A stretch of DNA of 64,000 bases from an uncultured Gemmatimonadales bacterium (GTDB lineage: Bacteria; Gemmatimonadota; Gemmatimonadetes; Longimicrobiales; RSA9), in contig CAWAMW010000017.1 of the NCBI GenBank assembly GCA_963783305.1, positions 192,001 through 256,000 on the forward strand. The letters are read 5' to 3'. Shown here piece after piece: positions 27,248-38,562 of this stretch. Positions within the stretch are counted from its first letter, which is position 1. Each line of letters starts with the position of its first letter. The translations under genes were made by a program, and so were the position numbers. Below the pieces are notes generated by a model that was not told where the DNA came from, did no database searches, and saw only the letters and a list, made by a program, of their open reading frames with translations.

Positions 27248-29359
27248 ATGAAACGCATAGCACGACGCTGGAAGAGCTGGGGCACGGTGCGCCGCGTCCT
27301 CTATCCGCTGATCGCCGTCGGGGTCCTTCTTGGACTCGGCGGATTCCTCTGGGCCGGTCTCACCGTGGCGGGCGTCACGGGGCCCGGCTGTCCACCCATC
27401 GCGGAGCTCCGCACCTATCGGCCCCCGGAGGCCACCCGGGTATTCGCCGTGGACGGGTCGGTCGTAGCCGACCTGTCGCCTCAACGCAGGGTCGTTCTGG
27501 ACATCGAAGAAGTGCCACCCCTGCTTCGAGAAGCCGTGGTTGCCGTGGAGGACCGTCGCTTCTGGGACCACGGCGGCGTCGACTTCCGTGGAGTCGCCCG
27601 AGCGCTGTGGCGCAACGTCACGGGTCTCGGGATCGAGGAGGGCTTCAGCACCATCACAATGCAGCTCACCCGCAACATCTTCCCGGATCAGCTCCCGATG
27701 CGGGAGAAGGTGACGCGGAAGGTGTGCGAGGTCTATCTCGCCTACCGCGTCGAGGCGGAGTTCCAGAAGCGGGAGATCCTCGAGCTCTACCTGAACCAGA
27801 TCTACCTGGGCGGCGGTCTTTACGGGGTCGAGGCGGCGGCACAGGGATATTTCGGCACGTCGGTGAGCGAGATCTCGCCGGCCGAAGCGGCGCTCCTCGT
27901 GGCACTGGTGAAGAGCCCCGAGGGATACAACCCGCGCAAGAACCCGAGGAAGGCGGTCGAACGCCGCAACATCGTCCTTGGCGTCATGGCCGAGGCCGGC
28001 GTCATCGAGCGAGCCGAGGCCGACGCGGCTCGGCGGGCGCCCCTGGCTCTGGCGCCGCCGATCGAGGCGTCTGGACCCGCGCCGTACTTCGTGGCGGCCG
28101 TACGCAGACAGCTCCGGGAGGAGTTCGGGCCGGACGCCGATATTCGGGGGCTCCGGGTCTACACCGGCCTCGATCCCTCGCTCCAGCGCGGAGCCCGATC
28201 CGCGCTCGTCTCGCAGATCGACAAGATCGAGCAGGGCGGCTATGGACGGTACTCCCACGCGAAGGGGCCGGCGGCCGATCCGGAGGCCGCGGTGCTGCAG
28301 GGGTCTGTGATCATCCTGGACCCGCACACCGGCGACGTGCGGGCACTCGTGGGAGGCCGCGACTTCGCCACGTCACAGTTCGACCGGGCCCTCCAGGCGC
28401 GTCGGCAGCCGGGCTCCGCGTTCAAGCCGATCGTCTATGCCGCGGCGCTCGAGTCGGGGCTCCCGCCCACGGCCCGGCTCGGTACCACGCCGGTGGCCGT
28501 GAACACCCGCGGCTCGCCCACCTGGAGGCCCGGTGACCACGTGGCCGACAGCGTGGAGACCCTCTCCGTTCGCAAGGCGCTGGCGGTCTCGTCGAACAAC
28601 GCGGCCGTCCGTCTCGGACAGTGGGTCGGGGAAGGCCGCGTGGCGGCGATGGGGCACCGGCTCGGGCTCTCCACGGACATCCCGGAGTACCCGTCGATCT
28701 TCCTGGGCTCCGCCGAGGTCATACCGGCCGAGCTGGTGGCCGCGTTCGCCGCCTTCGGCAACGGCGGCTACAGGGTCGAGCCCCGTCTGTTTTTCCGCGT
28801 CGAGAACGGCGATGGGGCCGTGCTCTGGCAGGCGCGTCAGCCGGCCCATCAGGCGCTGGACCCGGGCGTGGCCTTCCTGACGCTCACGCTCCTCGAGGAA
28901 GTAGTGAACACCGGCACGGGCTCGGCCATCCGCGAGGGCGGGTTCTGGCTGCCCGCGGCGGGGAAGACGGGGACCACGAACGACGGCAAGGACGTCTGGT
29001 TCGTAGGGCTGACCCCGGACCTGGCGGCGGGCGTCTGGCTGGGGTTCGACAAGCCTCGATCGATCATGCCCGGCGCGAGCGGCGGGCGGCTGGCCGCACC
29101 GGTCTGGGCCACGGTCATGAAGGAGGCGTACCGGGAGCGGCCCGCGCCGGCCCCGTGGACCCCCCCCTCCAACGTCGTGAGCGCCCAGGTGGACCAGGCC
29201 ACCGGGTACCTGGCCACGGAGAACTGTCCGCCGGAGGACGTGAGAATCGAGTACTTCCTCGCGGGGACGGAGCCGGAGGAGTACTGCCCCGTCCATCCGC
29301 AGGAGGGCATGGATCGGTTCCTGGACGACCTGTGGGGTCGGATCCGGAAGATCTTCTAG
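27248..29359 (+). CDS. Class A penicillin-binding protein (PBP1A family)
   Basis: EDRRFWDHGGVD, GFSTITMQL, SAFK, SSN, KTGT. Confidence 0.95.
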   Translation: MKRIARRWKSWGTVRRVLYPLIAVGVLLGLGGFLWAGLTVAGVTGPGCPPIAELRTYRPPEATRVFAVDGSVVADLSPQRRVVLDIEEVPPLLREAVVAVEDRRFWDHGGVDFRGVARALWRNVTGLGIEEGFSTITMQLTRNIFPDQLPMREKVTRKVCEVYLAYRVEAEFQKREILELYLNQIYLGGGLYGVEAAAQGYFGTSVSEISPAEAALLVALVKSPEGYNPRKNPRKAVERRNIVLGVMAEAGVIERAEADAARRAPLALAPPIEASGPAPYFVAAVRRQLREEFGPDADIRGLRVYTGLDPSLQRGARSALVSQIDKIEQGGYGRYSHAKGPAADPEAAVLQGSVIILDPHTGDVRALVGGRDFATSQFDRALQARRQPGSAFKPIVYAAALESGLPPTARLGTTPVAVNTRGSPTWRPGDHVADSVETLSVRKALAVSSNNAAVRLGQWVGEGRVAAMGHRLGLSTDIPEYPSIFLGSAEVIPAELVAAFAAFGNGGYRVEPRLFFRVENGDGAVLWQARQPAHQALDPGVAFLTLTLLEEVVNTGTGSAIREGGFWLPAAGKTGTTNDGKDVWFVGLTPDLAAGVWLGFDKPRSIMPGASGGRLAAPVWATVMKEAYRERPAPAPWTPPSNVVSAQVDQATGYLATENCPPEDVRIEYFLAGTEPEEYCPVHPQEGMDRFLDDLWGRIRKIF

Positions 29360-29441
29360 CCATCACCCGGTCGCCACCGACCGCGCGGAGGAGGAGCGGG
29401 GCCGATCACCGTCGGCCCGCTCCCGCCCCGCGGCGGAGCCG

Positions 29442-30446
29442 TCAGCCGGTGCCCGGAGCCTCCGCCGTCTCCAGCAGCGGGCTTTCGCCGATCCCCTGGT
29501 GCGACAGCCAGCGCTCCGCTTCCAGCGCCGCCATGCACCCGGTGCCTGCGGCCGTCACGGCCTGGCGGTAGAAATCGTCCATGACGTCGCCAGCGGCGAA
29601 CACCCCCTCGATGTCGGTAGCCGTGCGCCAGCTGTGGGTCTTCACGTACCCGTGCTCGGTCAGGTCGAGCTGTCCGTCCAGGAAGTCGGTGTTCGGTCGG
29701 TGGCCAATGGCCACGAACAGCCCGCCCACTTCCAACTCCGTGCTCTCTCCCGTCACGGTGTCCTTGAGGCGAAGCCCCTCGATCTGCTCGTAACCGAGGA
29801 TCTCCTCGACCACGCTGTTCCAGAGGACCTCGATCTTGGGGTGCTCGAGCACGCGCTTCGCCATGACGTTCGACGCCCGCAACTCGTCCCGACGATGGAT
29901 CACATAGACCTTGCTGGCGAACTTGCTCGCGTACGTCGCCTCCTCCATGGCAGTATCCCCACCACCGATCACTGCCAGGACCTTGTTCCTGAAAACCGGC
30001 AGCGCGGCATCACACACCGCGCACGCCGAGACGCCGCCGCCGCTCTGCGCCAGCCGCTCTTCGTTCGGTAGACCCAGCCACTTGGCGTTTGCGCCCGTGG
30101 AGACAATCACCGCGTGCGCACGGTACTCGTCCCCGGCGCGAGTGGTCACCGTGAACGGACGGTTCTGGAAATCCACCTTCTCCACCATCTCCATCATGGA
30201 GCGCGTGCCGAAACGGGTCGCCTGCTCCTTCATCTTCTGCATCAGCTCCGGACCCGTCACACCCTCGGGGAAGCCGGGATAGTTCTCGACCTCCGTGGTG
30301 ATCATCAGCTGCCCCCCCGGCAGCATGATTCCCTCGGGCTCCCCCTCCAGCACCAATGGGTTAAGGTCCGCCCGTGCCGCGTACAGCGCTGCCGTCCACG
30401 CCGCCGGGCCCGAGCCGATCACGAGTAGGTTCTCCACGTTTGCCAT
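29442..30446 (-). CDS. trxB: Thioredoxin-disulfide reductase
   Basis: GSGPAA, GGQL..TTEVENYPGF, CAVCD, GGGDTA, HRRDELRAS, YRQAVTAAG. Confidence 0.95.
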   Translation of the reverse strand: MANVENLLVIGSGPAAWTAALYAARADLNPLVLEGEPEGIMLPGGQLMITTEVENYPGFPEGVTGPELMQKMKEQATRFGTRSMMEMVEKVDFQNRPFTVTTRAGDEYRAHAVIVSTGANAKWLGLPNEERLAQSGGGVSACAVCDAALPVFRNKVLAVIGGGDTAMEEATYASKFASKVYVIHRRDELRASNVMAKRVLEHPKIEVLWNSVVEEILGYEQIEGLRLKDTVTGESTELEVGGLFVAIGHRPNTDFLDGQLDLTEHGYVKTHSWRTATDIEGVFAAGDVMDDFYRQAVTAAGTGCMAALEAERWLSHQGIGESPLLETAEAPGTG

Positions 30447-30594
30447 AGCGATATCCGATCTCGAGTGCATGCCTCCGAGCGTCCCTCAGGGGGAATGTAC
30501 AAAGTCTGGCAACCCTGCGGGTCGCGCCAGGGGAGTTGCAGCCAGTGTCCGCCGCGTGCTACACTCCCTTCCGGTCCACTCTATCCTGCGATCC

Positions 30595-31344
30595 ATGCAT
30601 CACGCCCACGACGGGAAGCTCCGCGAGGAGGACGCCGAACGACTGCTCGGCGCACTGGCCGGTGTCGTATCGGCTCACATCATCTCCGATGACGCGGGAC
30701 GGCTTCTGGAGATCCACGTTCTGGCCACTCCCGACCTGCACCCCAAGCAGGTCGTGCGGAACGTCGAGTCGGCGCTCTCCGCGGGGCTGGGCATCCAGGT
30801 GGACCGCCGCATCGTGAGCGTCGCCCAGATCCGGTCCTCGACCGTGGGCGGGAGCGGTTCCGTCAGCGCGGAGGACGCCGCGGCCGATCAGGGGAGCTCC
30901 CACGCCGCCGCCGCGGTCATCGACGCCATTGCCGATCGACAGCCGAACGCACCCATGGCGAGAGCCACCAGAAACGAGCGGCTGGAGTATGTGCGCTACG
31001 AATCACACCGGGATGAGGAGCTCTGCCACTGTCAGGTCCTGCTCCGCTCGCCGGCGGGCGAGGCGGCCGGGAACGGGTCGGGGCCCGACACCGCCGGTGG
31101 CCGGGCAGAGGCCGCGGCGCGCGCGGTATTCGACGCCCTCGCGAAGGCGCGGCCCGATCTCCGCATCCGCCTGGACGGCGCCGTGATCTCGCAATCGCGC
31201 GGCCGGAGCTTCGTCATCATCTCGGCCAATGTCGTTCTCGACAGGGCTACGATTCCACTGGCCGGCGCCGCCATCCTGAGCCGATCCCCCGAGGAGGCCG
31301 CCATACTCGCGGCGCTCCAGGCATCCAACCGTTGGAGCGCCTGA
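30595..31344 (+). CDS. Hypothetical protein
   Basis: EIHVLA...PKQVVRNVESAL...VDRRIVSVAQ; C-terminal alpha/beta domain shared with the next gene. Confidence 0.75.
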   Translation: MHHAHDGKLREEDAERLLGALAGVVSAHIISDDAGRLLEIHVLATPDLHPKQVVRNVESALSAGLGIQVDRRIVSVAQIRSSTVGGSGSVSAEDAAADQGSSHAAAAVIDAIADRQPNAPMARATRNERLEYVRYESHRDEELCHCQVLLRSPAGEAAGNGSGPDTAGGRAEAAARAVFDALAKARPDLRIRLDGAVISQSRGRSFVIISANVVLDRATIPLAGAAILSRSPEEAAILAALQASNRWSA

Positions 31345-31347
31345 AGC

Positions 31348-31947
31348 GTGAGCCCGGCCGACCTGGGCCCTGATCTGGAACGACTCCCGGGTGTTCTGGC
31401 GGCCACGGTCTTCGAGGACACCGCGCTGGGCCCCAGGATCTATCTCGCCACCGGCGTCCAGGCGGACCGGGAGGCGCTTCGCTCCACGATCCTCGCCGTC
31501 CTCCAGGACCGCGGGCTGACCGCTGACCCCGCTCGGATCCACATCGCAGTGGCCCCCGCCAGCGCCGCCACACCGCTCCCCACCTTCGCACTGGATTCCA
31601 TGGACGTGCACCGGGTGGGCGGGCGCGCAGAGGTCGAAGTTCGGCTGCGCGCCGGTGGGCGCACGGTGGTGGGGAATGCGGCCGAGCCCGACACCTCGGC
31701 GGGGCGAGCGCGGGCGGCGGCGCGAGCGATCCTCACCGCGGTCGAGTCGCTGGGACCGGACCTGCGGCTGGGGCTGCACGGCGCGCGCCGGCTCGACCTG
31801 TTCGGCCAGGATGCCGTGCTGGTCCTGCTGGAAGCGACGGAGGGAAGAGCCCACGTACACCTCCCGGGCTCCGCGCTCGTCGAGCAGTCGGTGGAGCATG
31901 CGGCCGCGGCGGCCACGCTGGGAGCGCTGCGCAGCTGGGGGCCCTGA
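31348..31947 (+). CDS. Hypothetical protein, paralog of the upstream gene
   Basis: Shared PDT..GRA.AAARA..A and PDLR motifs. Confidence 0.75.
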   Translation: MSPADLGPDLERLPGVLAATVFEDTALGPRIYLATGVQADREALRSTILAVLQDRGLTADPARIHIAVAPASAATPLPTFALDSMDVHRVGGRAEVEVRLRAGGRTVVGNAAEPDTSAGRARAAARAILTAVESLGPDLRLGLHGARRLDLFGQDAVLVLLEATEGRAHVHLPGSALVEQSVEHAAAAATLGALRSWGP

Positions 31948-31953
31948 GGAGCC

Positions 31954-32355
31954 CTACTCGTCGCCCGTTTCCACGGGGGGCCCGATGAACTTCTCCACCT
32001 CCTGGACCACCCGGCGCGGCTCCACCGGCTTGGCCAGGTAGCCGTCGCACCCCGCGCGCATCGCTTTCGCCCGGTCCTCCTCCAGCGCGTGGGCGGTCAG
32101 CGCGATGATCGGAATCCTGGAAGTGTCATCGTGTCCTTTCAGACGAACCGTGGCTTCCCAGCCATCCATCTTCGGGATCGAGATGTCCATCAGGATGATG
32201 TCCGGCTGCTCGGAGTGCGCGCGGCTCACACCCTCCTCGCCGTCCCGCGCCTCGACGACCTGGTACCCCACGTGCTCGAGGATCGTCCGGTACACCACGA
32301 GGTTGTCCTCGTTGTCCTCCACCAGCAGCACCTTCTTCTTTGGCAGATCGCTCAT
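31954..32355 (-). CDS. Single-domain response regulator (DivK/CheY-like)
   Basis: LLVEDN, ILMDISIPKMDG, ALTAHA, AKP. Confidence 0.93.
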   Translation of the reverse strand: MSDLPKKKVLLVEDNEDNLVVYRTILEHVGYQVVEARDGEEGVSRAHSEQPDIILMDISIPKMDGWEATVRLKGHDDTSRIPIIALTAHALEEDRAKAMRAGCDGYLAKPVEPRRVVQEVEKFIGPPVETGDE

Positions 32356-33380
32356 GACGTTTCCGGCTCCTCGCGGTCCTTGAATACCTTCAGGTTCGTT
32401 GAATGACCCGGGTTGACCCTGGCATTCGGATCGATGTGGTGAACCGCATGGTTCACCGCGATTGCGGCTTCGCTGAACCCCGTCGCGATCAGTTCCAGCT
32501 TGCCTTCGTATGTGGCGATGTCACCCGCGGCGAAGATCCCCGGGACGTTGGTCGCCATCGTGGCGCCGACCCGCAGCGTGTTCCGCTCCAGTTCCAGCCC
32601 CCACTCGGCGAGGGGACCCAGGTCGGGCTTGAAGCCGATCAGCGAGAGCACCGCGTCCACCTCGATCGTGGTATCCTCGTCCGTCCGGTTGTCGTAGATG
32701 GTGACCGCCGTCACGCACTCGCCGCCATGGATCTCCCGGACCTCACGGAACGTCAGCAGGTCGACCTTGCCCGCGTCCACGGCCCCGTCCAGCTGCCGCA
32801 TGGAGTGCGCATGGGCGCGGAATCCCTTCCTCCTGTGAATCAGCGTCAGCGCCTCCGTATGCTCCTGGAGCGCCAGCGCCCAGTCCACAGCGGAGTCCCC
32901 ACCACCCACGATGAGGACCCTCTTCCCTTCGTAGTGGGACGGATCACGCACGTGGTACTCCACGCCCTTCCCCAACAGCGAGTCGTATCCCGGGCACTCC
33001 AGCACCCTGGGGGCGAAGGCGCCCTTTCCGGCGGCGATCAGGACGGTCCGTGACGGATACCGCCCTCCGCTGGTCCCGAGGACGAACCCCTGGTCATCGG
33101 GGACCAGATCCCTCACCTCCTCTTCCAGGTGGATCTCGGGGTCGAACTGGGTACCCTGCTCGATCAGGTTCTCGGCCAGCTCCTTGGCGGTGATCCGGGG
33201 AAATCCACCCACGTCAAAGATGTATTTCTCCGGGTAAAGCGCCATCAGCTGGCCCCCGAGTTCCGGGAGCGAGTCGATGATGCGCACGGATGCGCCCCGC
33301 ATCCCGGCATAGAAAGCGGCGAAAAGTCCTGTAGGCCCGCCCCCGATGATGTTGATGTCGCGACGATCTGCTTCGGCCAC
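32352..33380 (-). CDS. TrxR-type ferredoxin-NADP reductase (YumC-like)
   Basis: GGGPTG, GGQLMALYPEKYIFDVGGF, GGGDSAVDWA, HRR; no CxxC. Confidence 0.88.
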   Translation of the reverse strand: MAEADRRDINIIGGGPTGLFAAFYAGMRGASVRIIDSLPELGGQLMALYPEKYIFDVGGFPRITAKELAENLIEQGTQFDPEIHLEEEVRDLVPDDQGFVLGTSGGRYPSRTVLIAAGKGAFAPRVLECPGYDSLLGKGVEYHVRDPSHYEGKRVLIVGGGDSAVDWALALQEHTEALTLIHRRKGFRAHAHSMRQLDGAVDAGKVDLLTFREVREIHGGECVTAVTIYDNRTDEDTTIEVDAVLSLIGFKPDLGPLAEWGLELERNTLRVGATMATNVPGIFAAGDIATYEGKLELIATGFSEAAIAVNHAVHHIDPNARVNPGHSTNLKVFKDREEPETS

Positions 33381-33501
33381 GCTGGCTCGTCCTCTGGCAA
33401 GTTCCCTCTGGTGATGGCCCCATGGTACCCCGGCCGCCGCCCGAGGGCAACCGACCCGCACGCGCGCCGGCAGACGCAAGGTGCATTCCCGACCGTAGCG
33501 G

Positions 33502-34761
33502 TCAGTCGGCGCCCGTGTCGGCCCCCAGATACACGCTCGACGCCCGGTATCTCGCCAGCCCCACCTCGAGCAGCAGCTTCACCAGGATTGCGCCCGGGAT
33601 CGCGAGCAGAAGACCGACGAAACCCAGGAACACGCCAGCCACGGCGATGGCCAGGATCACCCACACCGGGTGCAGTCCCACCGACTCCCCCACGATCCGG
33701 GGCGCGATGATGTTCCCGTCCAGGAACTGCACGATCCCGAAGACGATGGCGATCTTGGCGAGACTCGCCAGGAAGGCGCCGCTCAGGATGGCGATGATGA
33801 GGGCGGGGACGAGGCTCACCACCAGCCCCAGATACGGGACCAGGTTGAAGACCCCGGCCACGGCGCCCACCAGCCCTGAATAGGGGAAGCCGGCGATCCA
33901 GAGACCGAGCCAGGTGAGCACCCCGACCACCGCGGCCGCCACGACCTGCCCGCGCAGGTAGCGCGACAGCAGGCGGTCGTACTCACGGCCGAACCGCATC
34001 CACCCCGCATGGCGCGGGCGCGGGATATAGCTCGTCACCCGGGTCGTGATGGCATCCCAGTCGCGGAGCAGGTAGAAGGTCAGGACGGGCGTGAGCACCA
34101 CATACCCCAGCACGGTGAAGACCGTCCCGAGTCCCCGCCCGAGCCCCAGCACCGCCTCCCACGCGCCCGCTCCGACCTCCTGCTGCTTCTCCTGGACGAA
34201 CGCCGTCACCGTGGCGGGGGAGAGAGACCGGAGTCGCTCCACGACCCCCCGCTCATCCACGAACGGCAGGTCGAGCCCGAGGATCCCCGCCTGGAGCCCT
34301 TCGATCCAGCTGGCGAGGCGCTCGACCAGCTCCGGTGAACGGGCGATCAGGCTCTGGATCTGCTCGGCGAGCGCCGGGATCCCCAGGAATATGAGCAGCC
34401 CGATGGCGACGAGCACGGGGAGCGCGAGGACGAGGATGGCCGCGGAGCGCGGCAGCCGGCGCCGCTCGAGCCGGTCCACCAGCGGGTCGAGGACGTAGGC
34501 GAGAACGACGGCCAGGATGAATGGCGCCAGGAGCGTCCCCAGGTCGGCGAGCATCCAGAGCCCCACGAGGACACTCGATGTGAGGACGATGAGACGGTGG
34601 AAGGGTGAGCCGGAGTAGGGCAGCAGCAGGACCAGCAGTGCCAGGAAGAGCACCAGGGGCGACAGGATATCCTGAAGCTGCCAGAGGAAGAGAGCGAGGA
34701 CGAGCAGCACGCCCACACCATGGACGAGACGCGCATCCCTCACCGCCGTCAGTGGCTTCAT
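33502..34761 (-). CDS. AI-2E family transporter
   Basis: LAYVLDPLV, YLRGQ, NLVPYLG, PRIVGESVGLHP, GLLLAIP. Confidence 0.9.
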   Translation of the reverse strand: MKPLTAVRDARLVHGVGVLLVLALFLWQLQDILSPLVLFLALLVLLLPYSGSPFHRLIVLTSSVLVGLWMLADLGTLLAPFILAVVLAYVLDPLVDRLERRRLPRSAAILVLALPVLVAIGLLIFLGIPALAEQIQSLIARSPELVERLASWIEGLQAGILGLDLPFVDERGVVERLRSLSPATVTAFVQEKQQEVGAGAWEAVLGLGRGLGTVFTVLGYVVLTPVLTFYLLRDWDAITTRVTSYIPRPRHAGWMRFGREYDRLLSRYLRGQVVAAAVVGVLTWLGLWIAGFPYSGLVGAVAGVFNLVPYLGLVVSLVPALIIAILSGAFLASLAKIAIVFGIVQFLDGNIIAPRIVGESVGLHPVWVILAIAVAGVFLGFVGLLLAIPGAILVKLLLEVGLARYRASSVYLGADTGAD

Positions 34762-34781
34762 AGCTTTGGAATGAGAGGAAG

Positions 34782-35258
34782 TTACTCGCGGGCCGCGCCG
34801 AGGACCTTTTGGCCGGCCGACTCCAGCACCGCGCGGGCGTTGTCGTAGGTCAACGTGACCAGTGCCTCCTGGAGGGGGAGCCAGATGCACTCGGTGATCC
34901 CCTCCTCCAGCTGTGGCTCCGTGCCGCTGTTCGTGGTCTCCATCAGGAAGAAATGGCAGTACTTGTGGATGAGGTCGGCGCCATCCCGGAAGAACCAGTC
35001 GATGGTCGCGAGCGCGTCACGCAGCTCCACCTCCCGGATCCCCGTCTCCTCCATCACCTCCCGGACCGCCGTTTCCTCCGCCGCCTCCCCGCGCTCCACG
35101 TGACCCTTGGGCAGACCCCAGTTCTCGTACGGGTCCCGGATGAGCAGGAAATAGACTTCCTCACCCTCGCGACGGAATACCACGCCGCCCGCGCTCGTCT
35201 CGATACGAACGGGGCGCCGTGCGCCGCGGGGCCTCCGGGAGCCGTTGCGCCTACTCAC
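34782..35258 (-). CDS. NUDIX hydrolase
   Basis: Nudix box GHVERGEAAEETAVREVMEETG. Confidence 0.9.
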   Translation of the reverse strand: MSRRNGSRRPRGARRPVRIETSAGGVVFRREGEEVYFLLIRDPYENWGLPKGHVERGEAAEETAVREVMEETGIREVELRDALATIDWFFRDGADLIHKYCHFFLMETTNSGTEPQLEEGITECIWLPLQEALVTLTYDNARAVLESAGQKVLGAARE

Positions 35259-36231
35259 GCAGCACGAGGTCTGCGATCTGCACACTGTTGGTCGCTGCGC
35301 CTTTGCGCAGGTTATCCGCCACGATCCACATGTGGAGAACGTGGGACCGGTCGGGATCACTCCGCAATCGTCCGACGACGATCTCGTCCTTCCCCGCCTC
35401 TGCGAGTGGTACAGGATCGCCGCCAGTGGCGTCCATCAGACGCACGCCCGGCATGCCCCGGAGCGCCTCGGCCGCCGCCGAAACCGACAGCGAGCGCTCC
35501 GTTTCCACCGCCACGGTGATGGCGTGTCCGACTTCCACCGGTACGCGGACGCAGGTGGTCGCCACGGCCAGATCCGGTGCACTCAGGATCTTCCGCGTCT
35601 CATTCCGCATCTTCTCTTCTTCCTGCGTCCATCCGTTCTCGAGGAGCGGCCCGATCCGCGGAATCACGTTGCCATCAATGGGGCCCGGGAACGGCGATGA
35701 CTCCGGGGTCCGGCCCGCGCGTTCGGCACGATAGGCGTCGATGCCCTTCTGCCCCGCCCCGGACACCGACTGGTAGGTGCTCGCCACCACCCGCACCAGG
35801 CCGGCCGCGCGCCGGATCGCTTCCAGCGGCACCACGAGCTGGATCGTCGAGCAGTTGGGGTTGGCGATGATCCCACGGGGCCGCTCCGATGCGCGCTCCG
35901 GGTTCACCTCCGGGACCACCAGCGGGACCTCCGTGTCCATGCGCCAGGCCGACGAGTTGTCCACCACTACCGCACCCTCGGCCGCGGCCCGGGGCGCCCA
36001 CTCGCGGCTCAGCTCCGCGCCCGCGGAGAAGAGCGCCACATCGCAGCCGTCGAAGATGCCCTCCCGCGGCGAATCCACCCGCCACTCACGGCCACGGAAC
36101 ATCAGTCGGGTGCCCTTCGATCGCTCCGAGGCCAGCGGGATCAGCTCGTCCACCCCTGGCAGCCGCTCCTCCATCAGACGCAGCATGGTTCGACCCACCG
36201 CGCCCGTCGCGCCCAGCACCGCGACCTTCAT
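35251..36231 (-). CDS. asd: Aspartate-semialdehyde dehydrogenase
   Basis: [37 protein letters not shown]. Confidence 0.96.
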   Translation of the reverse strand: MKVAVLGATGAVGRTMLRLMEERLPGVDELIPLASERSKGTRLMFRGREWRVDSPREGIFDGCDVALFSAGAELSREWAPRAAAEGAVVVDNSSAWRMDTEVPLVVPEVNPERASERPRGIIANPNCSTIQLVVPLEAIRRAAGLVRVVASTYQSVSGAGQKGIDAYRAERAGRTPESSPFPGPIDGNVIPRIGPLLENGWTQEEEKMRNETRKILSAPDLAVATTCVRVPVEVGHAITVAVETERSLSVSAAAEALRGMPGVRLMDATGGDPVPLAEAGKDEIVVGRLRSDPDRSHVLHMWIVADNLRKGAATNSVQIADLVLRE

Positions 36232-37466
36232 TCGCCCTCCTCGCCCAGCTCGAACGTCCGGTGGACCACGCGGATCGCCCGCTCCTCCGTCCCGGCGTCC
36301 ACCATGAGAATGATCGACACCGATGATGCCGACACCGCGTGGACCGCGACGCCCTCCTCCTGCAGCGCCTCGAACGCCCGCGCATACACCCCCGGTCGAC
36401 CGTGCATCCCGCTGCCGACCAGCGTGATGCGCGCCAGCTCATCGCTCGTATCCAGACCCCGTCCGCCCAGCTCCGTGGAGACCGCCTCGCATACCGCGAG
36501 GGCGTCCTCGAGCTGGTCCTGCCTCACGGTCAGCTCAATGTCCCGACGGCCCTCCTGCGTGTCGAGCTGCGCCAGCAGGTCCACGCTCACCCCGGCCCGA
36601 CTCAGCCGTGCCAACAGCCTCGTCATGCTCTCCATCTCGGCCGGCAGCTCGCGCAGGACCACCTGCGCGTACCCGCCTTCCGAGGCGACGCCCGTTACGA
36701 CTGGATCTTCCATGCTTCTGACTCTGGGTGCGATGAGTGTGCCTCCGGTCTCCTCCTCCGCCATGGACGAGAGGACCCGGACCGGGACGCCGAACCGCGC
36801 GGCCAGCTCCACCGCCCGAGGGTGCAGGACACGCGCGCCGGAAACCGCCAGCTCGGTCATCTCCTCATAATCCACCCGCGGGATCCGGCGAGCCTCGGGC
36901 ACCACGCGGGGATCGGCCGTGAAGACGCCATCGACATCCGTGTAGATGTCACAGCGGTCCGCCTCGAGCGCCGCCGCGAGCGCCACCGCCGTCGTGTCGG
37001 ACCCGCCGCGCCCGAGGGTCGTGATCTCCCGCTCTCGGCTCACGCCCTGGAACCCGGCTACGATGACGATCCGCCCCTCATCCAGCTCCTGCCGCACCCG
37101 CGCCGCCCGGACTTCCTCGATCCGCGCGCCCGTGTGTCGGGCATCCGTGATGATGGCGGCCTGTGAGCCGGTGAAGCTGATGGCCTCCAGCCCCGCCTCG
37201 CGAATGGCCATGGCCAGCAGCGCCATGGAGATCCGTTCCCCCGCCGTGAGCAGCATGTCCATCTCCCGCGGGTGACTGCCCACCGGGTTCGCACTCACCT
37301 GCTCGGCCAGTGCCGTCAGGTCGTCGGTGGTGCCACCCATGGCCGATACGACCACCACGAGGTCGTGGCCCTCGCGCCGGCAGCGGCACGCCCGCTCCGC
37401 CACTCGCCGGATGCGCTCCGGGTCCCCCACCGAGGTGCCGCCGTACTTCTGGACGAGGAGTGTCAA
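36228..37466 (-). CDS. lysC: Aspartate kinase
   Basis: [29 protein letters not shown] domains; TTG start assumed. Confidence 0.93.
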   Translation of the reverse strand: MTLLVQKYGGTSVGDPERIRRVAERACRCRREGHDLVVVVSAMGGTTDDLTALAEQVSANPVGSHPREMDMLLTAGERISMALLAMAIREAGLEAISFTGSQAAIITDARHTGARIEEVRAARVRQELDEGRIVIVAGFQGVSREREITTLGRGGSDTTAVALAAALEADRCDIYTDVDGVFTADPRVVPEARRIPRVDYEEMTELAVSGARVLHPRAVELAARFGVPVRVLSSMAEEETGGTLIAPRVRSMEDPVVTGVASEGGYAQVVLRELPAEMESMTRLLARLSRAGVSVDLLAQLDTQEGRRDIELTVRQDQLEDALAVCEAVSTELGGRGLDTSDELARITLVGSGMHGRPGVYARAFEALQEEGVAVHAVSASSVSIILMVDAGTEERAIRVVHRTFELGEEGE

Positions 37467-37578
37467 GGTATCTGCATGGGTCCGGGGTCGGGTCCGCACG
37501 TCGCCGGGGCAGGACCCCGGTCCAGCGGCGGTAGCCCATGCAACTGGCGGACCGGCCCCCACTCTCCCGGGGCCCGGG

Positions 37579-38562
37579 TCAGAAAACCCGCAGATTGATG
37601 TACTTCCGGGGATTGCGCTGGAAGTCCAGGAGGAGGTCCTGGACCAGGGTGGAAGTGCGGAGGAGGTCGCCATAGAGCGCGGTGTCCTGGAGCAGCAGAC
37701 CCAGCGTCCCCTCCCCTCGCTCCAGGTCGCCCATGATCTGGCTCAGCGAGGCGAAAGAGCTGTCCGCGGACGCCACGGTGCCTCTCATCTCGCCCGAGAG
37801 TTGAGTGAGGGAGCGGCTCAGCGTGTCCATCTGGGCCGACATCCTGTGGATGTTGTCCACGATTTCCGAGAGCTCGCCCCCGGCGATGGCCCTCTCCACC
37901 TCCCCGAACGCACGTTCGGCACTCTCCGCCACCTCCTGGAAGCTGGTGGTCGTGCTCTCCAGGCCGCTCGCCAGGTTCTCCACCGTCTGACCCTGCGTCT
38001 CCATGAGGCGGGTGAGCTGCTCCGTAACCTCCTGCACGTTCTCGATCGCCGTGCGGATGTTGACCGCGGTCTCGTCCGTGAACGCGAGATCCACCCGATC
38101 GGTGATCACCGCGAGGTTCTCGGCGATGCGGTCGGCCACCGCCGTGAGGCGCGAGACGTCCGGCAGCGAGTAGCCGGGCAGCATCCCCGGCCGCGGTGAC
38201 ATGGCGTAGTTGTAGGTGGGGAACCGGGCCCGCGGAAAGATCTCCGCCTGCCAGTCACCCAGGAGGGTTTCCGGCGACAGAAGCACAACCGGATCATCCG
38301 GGAGGATCACGTCGTCCGCGATGCTGAGCCGGGCGATGACCCCGGTGGAGCGCTCGTCCAGCGCGATCTCCGTGACGGTGCCGATCGGGACGCCTCGCAG
38401 CTTCACCGCGTTCCCATCCTGGAGCTGGCCCACCTCCCGGAACCACGCCACCACCTCCTGCTTTCCGCTCCCCAGGCTCCAGTCCTGGAGCCAGAGGATG
38501 CCCCCGACCACCAGCACGATGCCAGCCATCAGCACCAGGCCAACCTTCGTCTCGTTGTTCAC
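37579..38562 (-). CDS. mlaD: MlaD/MCE family protein
   Basis: N-terminal [19 protein letters not shown], coiled coil, GTLGLLLQD...NPRKY. Confidence 0.85.
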   Translation of the reverse strand: MNNETKVGLVLMAGIVLVVGGILWLQDWSLGSGKQEVVAWFREVGQLQDGNAVKLRGVPIGTVTEIALDERSTGVIARLSIADDVILPDDPVVLLSPETLLGDWQAEIFPRARFPTYNYAMSPRPGMLPGYSLPDVSRLTAVADRIAENLAVITDRVDLAFTDETAVNIRTAIENVQEVTEQLTRLMETQGQTVENLASGLESTTTSFQEVAESAERAFGEVERAIAGGELSEIVDNIHRMSAQMDTLSRSLTQLSGEMRGTVASADSSFASLSQIMGDLERGEGTLGLLLQDTALYGDLLRTSTLVQDLLLDFQRNPRKYINLRVF

